From the NCBI RefSeq assembly GCF_006345805.1, contig NW_021830093.1, positions 1 to 5,008 of the forward strand: a stretch of DNA of 5,008 bases, read 5' to 3'. This stretch comes from Octopus sinensis (lineage: Eukaryota). Shown here piece after piece: positions 1-5,008 of the stretch. The notes under the pieces were generated by a model that did no database searches, was not told the origin of the DNA, and saw only the letters and a program-made list of their open reading frames with translations. Position numbers and translations under genes: made by a program. Within the stretch, counting starts at the first letter, position 1, and each line of letters begins with the position of its first letter.

Positions 1-149
1 AATAGTCAAAGACTAAATATGTATAAATATAACAATTAGGAATGGCCTAAACAGGCCATTCGTCCACCAGAAAAGCAGCCAGAACTCCAACCGCCAAGTA
101 GTGTAATTCGGAAATAAGGTGAAAATTTAAAAACATTTACCCTAATTCA

Positions 150-250
150 TCTTTTATACGATGCATCGTTTCAGTGTCTTTAATGATAGACCAGCTTAAT
201 TAAATTAAATTAAGCTAGTCTACCATAGGTCACACTTCATCAGTAAAAGA
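150..250 (-). ncRNA. Type I hammerhead ribozyme, identical copy on minus strand
   Basis: 150-250 is the exact reverse complement of 359-459; predicted cleavage between 157 and 156 on the minus strand. Confidence 0.9.
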
Positions 251-358
251 AACCTGGGAGAGACGGATATACACGAGGCGACTGTATCAATGCCTCGGGA
301 ATATCTGTCTTAAAATTTTCAAGACCAACGCATTCGCGCCAAACTTATCGGCAAATAT

Positions 359-459
359 TCTTTTACTGATGAAGTGTGACCTATGGTAGACTAGCTTAAT
401 TTAATTTAATTAAGCTGGTCTATCATTAAAGACACTGAAACGATGCATCGTATAAAAGA
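359..459 (+). ncRNA. Type I hammerhead ribozyme, complete catalytic core
   Basis: Stem I TCTTTTA(359-365)/TAAAAGA(453-459); core CTGATGA 366-372; stem II AGTGT(373-377)/ACACT(432-436) with extension 378-431; GAAA 437-440; stem III CGATGCATCG 441-450; GUA triplet 450-452, predicted cleavage after A452. Confidence 0.9.
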
Positions 460-579
460 TGAATTAGGGTAAATGTTTTTAAATTTTCACCTTATTTCCG
501 AATTACACTACTTGGTGGTTGGGAGTTCTGGCTGCTTTTTCTGGTGGACGAATGGCCTGTTTAGGCCATTCCTAAATTG

Positions 580-580
<1 letters not shown>

Positions 581-615
<35 letters not shown>
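581..615. repeat. (TA)n microsatellite
   Basis: Perfect TA run directly after the right arm of the inverted repeat. Confidence 0.97.
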
Positions 616-618
<3 letters not shown>

Positions 619-850
619 TATCTGTCTTTTATCGTTTATCTTCTATATGTTTCAGCAATTAGACTGCGGCCATGCTGGAGCACCGCCTTGAAGAACTTTT
701 AGTCGAATGTATCAACCCTAGTATTTATTTTTCTTTTAAGCCTGGTACTTTTTCTATCGGTTGTCTCTTGCCGAACTGCTATGTTACAGATACGCAAATA
801 TACCAACACCGGTTGTCAAGCGGTGGGGGTAGGGGCAAATACACACACAG
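619..850 (-). mobile_element. Octopus OR-type CORE-SINE, copy 1, 3' half
   Basis: Shares GACTGCGGCCATGCTGGAGCACCGCCTT...GGTTGTCAAGC with 1310-1500 and 1789-1965. Its 5' half lies at 1144-1299. Family name is from recalled resemblance to octopus OR1/OR2 SINEs; which one is uncertain. Confidence 0.8.
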
Positions 851-853
851 AGT

Positions 854-1143
854 GACGGTAGTGAGTTCCAATCCCGGACCGGGTTGCGTGTTGTGTTCTT
901 GAGCAAGACACTTTATTTCACATTGCTCCAGTTCACTCAGCTGTAGAAATGAGTTGTGACGTCACAGGTGCCAAGCTGTATCGGCCCCTTTGCATTTCCC
1001 TTAGATGACATCAGTGGCGTATAAAGGGGAGGATGGTATGCATGGGCCACTGCTGGTCTTCCATAAACAATCTCGCGCGGATTTGTGCCTCGGAGGGGAA
1101 CTTTCTAGGTGCAATCATGATCAGAAGGAGTCTTTATTCTTTA
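854..1143 (+). mobile_element. 5'-truncated tRNA-derived CORE-type SINE of a second family, nested in the central microsatellite of SINE copy 1
   Basis: B-box-like GAGTTCCAATCC (863-874), then TTCTTGAGCAAGACACTTTATTTCAC...CACTCAGCT, a segment also seen at 2610-2650 (+) and 2892-2925 (-). It splits the host SINE into two collinear halves. Confidence 0.75.
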
Positions 1144-1299
1144 TCTATATACAACGGGCTTCTTTTAGTTTCCGTCTACTAAATCCACTCACAAGGCTTT
1201 GGTCGGGCCGAGACTATAATAGAAGACACTTGCCAGATGTGTTACGCAGTGGGACTGAACCCCGAACAGCACTTCTTATCACACAGCCACGCCTGCGCC
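1144..1299 (-). mobile_element. Octopus OR-type CORE-SINE, copy 1, 5' half (tRNA-derived head)
   Basis: Minus strand begins GGCGCAGGCGTGGCTGTGTG; B box GGTTCAGTCCC (1261-1251); CORE-like GGCAAGTGTCTTCTA; aligns with 1593-1732. Confidence 0.85.
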
Positions 1300-1309
1300 T
1301 ATACTCTCT

Positions 1310-1530
1310 CTCTTTTACTCTTTTACTTGTTTCAGTCATTTGACTGCGGCCATGCTGGAGCACCGCCTTTAATCGAGCAACTCGACCCCGGGACTTATTC
1401 TTTTGTAAGCCCAGTACTTATTCTATCGGTCTCTTTTGCCGAACCGCTAAGTAACGGGGATATAAACATACCAGCATCGGTTGTCAAGCAATGCTAGGGG
1501 GACAAAAACAGACACACAAACATATACATA

Positions 1531-1571
<41 letters not shown>

Positions 1572-1732
1572 ATATATTATATATATATATATACGACGGG
1601 GCTTCTTTCAGTTTTGTCTACCAAATCCACTTAGAAGGCTTTGGTCGGCCCGAGGCTATAGTAGAAGACACTTGCCCAAGGTGCCACTGTGGTTGGTAAA
1701 CAAGCTACTTACCACACAGCCACTCCTGCGCC
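1310..1732 (-). mobile_element. Octopus OR-type CORE-SINE, copy 2, near full length with B-box region deleted and internal (TA)n
   Basis: Head GGCGCAGGAGTGGCTGTGTGGTAAG from 1732; CORE-like CCTTGGGCAAGTGTCTTCTAC; internal TA run ~1534-1592; tail AAGTAAAAGAGTAAAAG at ~1330-1312. The GGTTCAGTCCC segment present in copy 1 is missing near 1687. Confidence 0.88.
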
Positions 1733-1788
1733 TATATATAATACATATGTATATATGTGTGTATATATATACATACATACAAATATAT
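1733..1788. repeat. Mixed (TA)/(TG)/(CATA) microsatellite
   Basis: Low-complexity run between SINE copies 2 and 3. Confidence 0.9.
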
Positions 1789-1965
1789 CTTTTCTTTTAT
1801 CTTTTACTTGCTTCAGTTATTAGACGGCGGTCATGCTGAGGCACCGCCTTTTGGAATTTTAGTCAAACGAATCGACACCAGTGCTTTTGGCGAACCATTA
1901 GGTTACAGGAACGTAAACACTTCAACACCAGTTATCAAGCAGTGAAAGACAAACGCAGACCAAAT
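1789..1965 (-). mobile_element. Octopus OR-type CORE-SINE, copy 3, 3' half (diverged)
   Basis: CTTTTACTTGCTTCAGTTATTAGACGGCGGTCATGCTGAGGCACCGCCTT...GTTATCAAGC aligns with copies 1 and 2, with more substitutions and an internal deletion. Confidence 0.8.
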
Positions 1966-1972
1966 AACGCAC

Positions 1973-1976
<4 letters not shown>

Positions 1977-2009
<33 letters not shown>
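1977..2009. repeat. (TA)n microsatellite
   Basis: TA run flanking the left end of the second palindromic element. Confidence 0.95.
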
Positions 2010-2256
2010 GTACCGGAGTAAACACATAAATGTGAAACAAGGTGGAAAAAAGAGTACTCAAATACCAGTGGTAGAGTAATATGGTTTATTTAAAGCAGCA
2101 GAAAAATTCAACAAAACCTGTTACTCGGATTGCCGTTCATCGGACAGTTTTTGCTAGAATAGAACCGATATGTTGGTTCTATTCTAGCAAAAACTGTCCG
2201 ATGAACGGCAACTCAGAGTAACAGGTTTTGTTGAATTTTCTGCTGCTTTAAATAAA
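2010..2256. mobile_element. Snap-back palindromic element (arms 2085-2166 and 2175-2256; left arm extends unpaired to 2010) with decayed hammerhead motifs; probable inverted PLE terminus pair
   Basis: 82-bp arms, reverse complementary apart from one homopolymer indel and a small altered patch at 2127-2130; 8-nt apex. Each arm ends in AATAAA in the outward direction (2251-2256 +; 2090-2085 -). (TA)n on both sides. No sequence similarity to the 27-585 element. Confidence 0.7.
2190..2229 (+). ncRNA. Degenerate minimal type I hammerhead motif, probably inactive
   Basis: Stem I AAAACTGT(2190-2197)/ACAG-G-TTTT(2221-2229); variant core CCGATGA 2198-2204; ACG-GCAA; stem III CTC-A-GAG 2212-2218; GUA triplet 2218-2220. 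GAAA and the 3' strand of stem II are absent. The mirror copy at 2113-2151 (-) is more decayed. Confidence 0.55.
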
Positions 2257-2257
2257 G

Positions 2258-2292
2258 TATATATATATATATATATATTATATAATATATAT

Positions 2293-2357
<65 letters not shown>

Positions 2358-2392
2358 TGTGTTGTGTGTTGTGTGTGTGTGTGAGTATGTAT
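2258..2392. repeat. (TA)n followed by long (TG)n microsatellite
   Basis: TA run ~2258-2292, then TG run ~2295-2383, perfect for ~60 bp and then interrupted. Confidence 0.97.
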
Positions 2393-2530
2393 ATGAAGGG
2401 CTTCTTTCAGTTTTCGTCTACAAAATCCACTCAGATGGTTTTGGTCGGTCCGAGGCCATAGTAGAAGACACCCAAGTTACCATGCAGTAGAACTGAACCC
2501 GAAACCACGTAGTTGCAAAGCGAGCTTTTT
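2393..2530 (-). mobile_element. Octopus OR-type CORE-SINE, copy 3, 5' half (head eroded)
   Basis: GGGCTTCTTTCAGTTTTCGTCTACAAAATCCACTCA...GTAGAAGACAC...AACTGAACCCGAAACC aligns with 1155-1270 and 1597-1690; decayed B box GGTTCAGTTCT on the minus strand. Confidence 0.8.
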
Positions 2531-2546
2531 ATGAAAATTACATAAG

Positions 2547-2700
2547 GCACGTCGTCTAGTGAGCAGCAGTGTTGGGCCCATGATCGTATGGTCGTGGGTT
2601 CGATTCCTTGAACAAACACCTTTATTTCAGGTTGTTCCACCGCACTCAGCTCATAATGAGTATCAGATGCCGCTCGCCCCTCCACCTGTTCTTGCCTCCA
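2547..2700 (+). mobile_element. tRNA-derived SINE fragment, family related to 854-1143
   Basis: A-box-like GTCGTCTAGTG (~2550-2560), B box GGTTCGATTCC (~2597-2607), then TTGAACAAACACCTTTATTTCAGGTTGTTCCACCGCACTCAGCT similar to 900-942. 3' boundary approximate. Confidence 0.65.
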
Positions 2701-2765
2701 TCTGTTGCAACCGCAATTTTCTTCTGAGTCACAATGAGTTATCCAAGATGGCGTTTGTACATAAA

Positions 2766-2803
2766 CAGGCGTGGCTGTGCGGTAAGAAGCTGTCTTCCCA
2801 ACT
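2766..2803 (+). mobile_element. Short OR-type SINE head fragment
   Basis: CAGGCGTGGCTGTGCGGTAAGAAGCT matches the minus-strand heads of SINE copies 1 and 2. Confidence 0.6.
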
Positions 2804-2891
2804 GCACTATGGTCACTCCCTTCCATTACCTGTCGACATCACCTGTACAAGTGCAGAAGTATGTCACACGTCAGGTGTGGAAATGATAAAA

Positions 2892-3000
2892 GAGCAACGT
2901 GAAATGAAGTGTTTTGCTCAAGAACAAATCACACCGCCTGGTGAGGGAATCGAAACCCTGATCTTGCGATCGTGAATGCAACACTTTACCTCGACCAAGC
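2892..3000 (-). mobile_element. tRNA-derived SINE 5' fragment, family related to 854-1143
   Basis: Minus strand: A-box-like TGGTCGAGGTAA, B box GGTTTCGATTCC (2957-2946), then TTGTTCTTGAGCAAAACACTTCATTTCACGTTGCTC, nearly identical to 894-929. Confidence 0.75.
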
Positions 3001-3020
3001 ATTTTCACATATACGTAACA

Positions 3021-3081
3021 CCTACCTACCTACCTACCATACCTTCCTACTTACATACATACGTACGTATATATATATATA
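3021..3081. repeat. Compound (CCTA)/(CATA)/(CGTA)/(TA) microsatellite
   Basis: Tetranucleotide units grade into a TA run at 3069-3081. Confidence 0.9.
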
Positions 3082-3600
3082 GGTAAACAGTAAAAATAAT
3101 TACAGACATGGACAAGAACATGAAACACCTCAGAGACGACACAAGAACCACAGGACGGGACATTCGAAGCCCTCAGCTATCAGTCAAGAACCAGATCATC
3201 TTAGCAATTTCGGCTGATTAATCTTGAGATTGCTCCGATATGGCCAGCCCGCCAAGGGAAATCTAAGCCAAGCGCATTAGATCCCTGGAAGAAAGCTTCG
3301 AATGTATACAACACGAGGACAGAAAACGAACGAAGTACACGAACAAAAATACAGAATACGTGACACAATAAGAATACAAAACACGTAGAAACAATAACGG
3401 TAAAAATAAAAATAAACAACAGAACAAAAACCAGGACGTAGGACAAGGGTCTTTCGACAGGACGAGTTGAGTATGGGGCGCTTGTGAAGTTGTGCCTAAT
3501 GGCCGCAGGGAGACGAACAAATACGTGTTGCTTCTGCGACTGCTGGAACGAAAAAAGAGCGCTCAACAGCGGCTAGCGGTCACGTGAGAACAAAAGACAG
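3082..3600 (-). mobile_element. Probable non-coding terminal region of a third retroelement family ending at (TA)n, with a structured hammerhead-like segment at 3173-3236
   Basis: Sharp junction with (TA)n at 3081/3082; strong strand asymmetry (A-rich plus strand 3300-3430); long imperfect hairpin 3191-3243; hammerhead-like motifs on the minus strand. Distal boundary and family identity uncertain. Confidence 0.4.
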
Positions 3601-3770
3601 GAGAAAGCGACAGATGAAAAGAGAGAGAAGGTGGACGAGGGAGGAGAAGAAAGAGCCAGATCGAGGGGCTGGAGGTGAGAGAGATAGAGAAACGTAGAAG
3701 GGGGGGGGACGGATGAGAGGGAAAGAAAGGAAGGGGAAAAGGGAGGAGAGAGAGAGAAAGAGACAGATTA
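3596..3770. repeat. GA-rich polypurine low-complexity tract
   Basis: Plus strand is almost entirely G/A, with (GA)n, GGAA units and a G9 run near 3699-3707. Confidence 0.85.
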
Positions 3771-3791
3771 AGAGTAGTATCAATGCTAGAG

Positions 3792-3819
3792 AAAAAAAAA
3801 ATATATATTATATATATAC

Positions 3820-3850
<31 letters not shown>

Positions 3851-3887
3851 ACATACATAATACAAACATGCATGTATACATACACAC
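3792..3887. repeat. Poly(A) plus degenerate (TA)n/(CATA)n microsatellite
   Basis: A10 run, interrupted TA repeats, then CATA/CA units. Confidence 0.9.
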
Positions 3888-4289
3888 TTGTAACAAACGA
3901 AACAATAAGACTGTTGAAGCGGCCAAGTTGCAGCTGAAAATGTCGGCTGTGTCATATTTCTGTGGCAGACGTTACACGTGATCTACAGATGACTCCAAGT
4001 TTTACCAACCTTTTGTATTCCTCTGTCGTGTGATGTTCTTGCTAAAACAATATACAATACCATACGAAGGAAGAAATACCTTAGAATAAATGTCAAACAT
4101 ACTTTTGGCAGCGGGTTCTTTGACACATTTAGAGTTAGAACTTTAATGGTGGGACATTCCCATCAAAATCAAACCGAGACACTGAATTTTTGATAAGCCA
4201 ACCAGGTAACTCCTATGTTAGTGTTTCTCAATCACTTTTCTTACCTATAGACTCCTTCAATTCCTATTTTACTCGGGTGGACCCTCATA

Positions 4290-4698
4290 GCCATTTGTGG
4301 TCCGAAAAAAATCATATATTTTTATAATCTTATAATAATTCTGACGGTGAATGCATAGTGAAAAGTATTTTTTAAAAATTGAACTAAGTTTTTTTTATAT
4401 CACTTATCACTTAACGCATGCGCATCCTAAACTTGCCATTCACTTAAAAGAAAGAAAACCAGCTTCCTGTTCGCCTGTCATATGCAATGATTATCAATAC
4501 ATCACTAGGGCAGACATTTGATAAAGTGGGGCTATTCTTGCTTGAACCTGTATTCGTCCACGGTCAGCTATTTGTTGCATTCTCAAAGACTCACAAATTA
4601 TCTGATGTAAGAGTTAAAGTTATCAACACTGAGAAATAAGGGGAAGTATAGGGAGAATCTACATGAAGAACATAGTCTGCAAAGGAGTACTGGATTGA
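4290..4698 (+). pseudogene. Decayed Helitron Rep/Hel fragment: C-terminus of the PIF1-like SF1 helicase
   Basis: Manual translation from 4460: QLPVRLSYAMIINTSLGQTFDKVGLFLLEPVFVHGQLFVAFSKTHKLSDVRVKV, matching the Helitron/PIF1 pattern QFPVRLAFAMTINKSQGQT..VG..L..PVF.HGQLYVA.SR (motifs V and VI). Preceded in frame by VFFISLIT*...NLPFT (cf. VFIPRI...LPF). Ends after a frameshift with YMKNIVCKGVLD* at 4660-4698 (cf. TKNIVYKEVL). In-frame stops at 4637 and 4649. Best-supported part is 4390-4698. Confidence 0.88.
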
Positions 4699-5008
4699 AA
4701 GGTGTACACAAATTGAAATCTGTATAGGGCTCTGACAACATCGCCTCGGCTTATTAGTTACGAACGATGTGGGTTTCAGAGTATGCCATGTTGCATTAAA
4801 TGTTTACCTCCGTCAAATTGTGACCTCTATATTTTACATATAAATAATTTTCTATACTATAACATTTTTGCTTTCCAGATATGAAATTGTGACCACACAA
4901 ATTTTAAAATGTAATCTTTCCTGTTTATGGGGAAAATGGAAGAATAAGAGTGAATACTTATTTTATGAGTGCTGTGTATTAAGTCTATAAAATTGTGCAT
5001 AAACTATA

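Larger units (their letters stand above)
27..585. mobile_element. Long inverted repeat (arms 27-251 and 358-585, 106-bp spacer) of hammerhead-bearing termini; probable inverted pLTR pair of a Penelope-like or retrozyme-like element
   Basis: Arms are reverse complements apart from one substitution (G93 vs T516) and three 1-nt homopolymer indels, all in the distal ~70 bp. Each arm contains a hammerhead ribozyme. The right arm ends in (TA)n. PLE assignment is inferred from hammerhead type and geometry; no RT or GIY-YIG coding sequence is present. Confidence 0.75.

Noticed and set aside
3-15. Small hairpin TAGTC-AAA-GACTA
   Set aside because: A 5-bp stem is expected by chance, and it lies at the window edge.
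252-370. Open frames across the spacer as a GIY-YIG or RT remnant
   Set aside because: Short translations show no convincing motif.
550-575. Subterminal hairpin plus CTAA as a Helitron 3' end
   Set aside because: CTRR follows the hairpin with no spacer, the element continues past it, and the inverted architecture is not Helitron-like.
27-585. Inverted repeat as TIRs of a DNA transposon or MITE
   Set aside because: No clear TSD or recognisable terminal motif, and the arms contain an RNA-level catalytic motif with strand-specific G-U pairs. Disfavoured, not formally excluded.
662-1850. Recurrent 28-bp GACTGCGGCCATGCTGGAGCACCGCCTT as a CRISPR-like repeat
   Set aside because: Three copies 480-680 bp apart inside longer homologous SINE bodies; no array spacing and no cas genes.
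2547-2620. tRNA genes at the A/B-box motifs (also 1230-1299 and 2940-3000)
   Set aside because: No complete cloverleaf; each continues into SINE body sequence.
473-3955. All 13 ORFs in the supplied track
   Set aside because: They translate microsatellites (YIYI, CVCV), SINE copies (DCGHAGAPP recurs because the SINE recurs) or low-complexity T-rich/GA-rich tracts; no recognisable domain.
4414-4424. GCATGCGCAT as an NRF1-like promoter motif
   Set aside because: Imperfect match inside the decayed Helitron coding sequence, with no promoter context.
4815-4894. 11-bp direct repeat AAATTGTGACC (4815-4825 and 4884-4894)
   Set aside because: Two copies only, in AT-rich sequence, with nothing element-like between them.
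4864-4916. Possible micro-exon (TTTTTGCTTTCCAG acceptor at 4878, GTAATC donor at 4911); also donor-like CAG/GTAACT at 4205
   Set aside because: Such motifs are common by chance in AT-rich DNA; the peptide is uninformative and there is no transcript evidence.

Overview
AT-rich, repeat-dense, non-coding eukaryotic DNA. The SINE families and the (TA)n/(TG)n load resemble an octopus genome (inferred from recalled family resemblance). No intact gene is supported, and every ORF in the supplied track is explained by microsatellites or repeats. Main observation: 27-585 is a ~225-bp-arm inverted repeat. Each arm carries a complete type I hammerhead ribozyme (CUGAUGA core, 5-bp stem II with a long hairpin extension, GAAA, palindromic stem III, GUA cleavage triplet, 7-bp stem I), pointing outward; the right arm ends in (TA)n. 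A second, unrelated snap-back palindrome (2010-2256) has the same back-to-back layout with decayed hammerheads. A third element (3082-~3600) has a hammerhead-like motif whose strands are in an unusual order. All three resemble Penelope-like retroelement (PLE) or retrozyme termini inserted at (TA)n. The rest is nested tRNA-derived CORE-type SINEs, microsatellites and a decayed Helitron helicase C-terminus (~4290-4698) that the ORF track misses.
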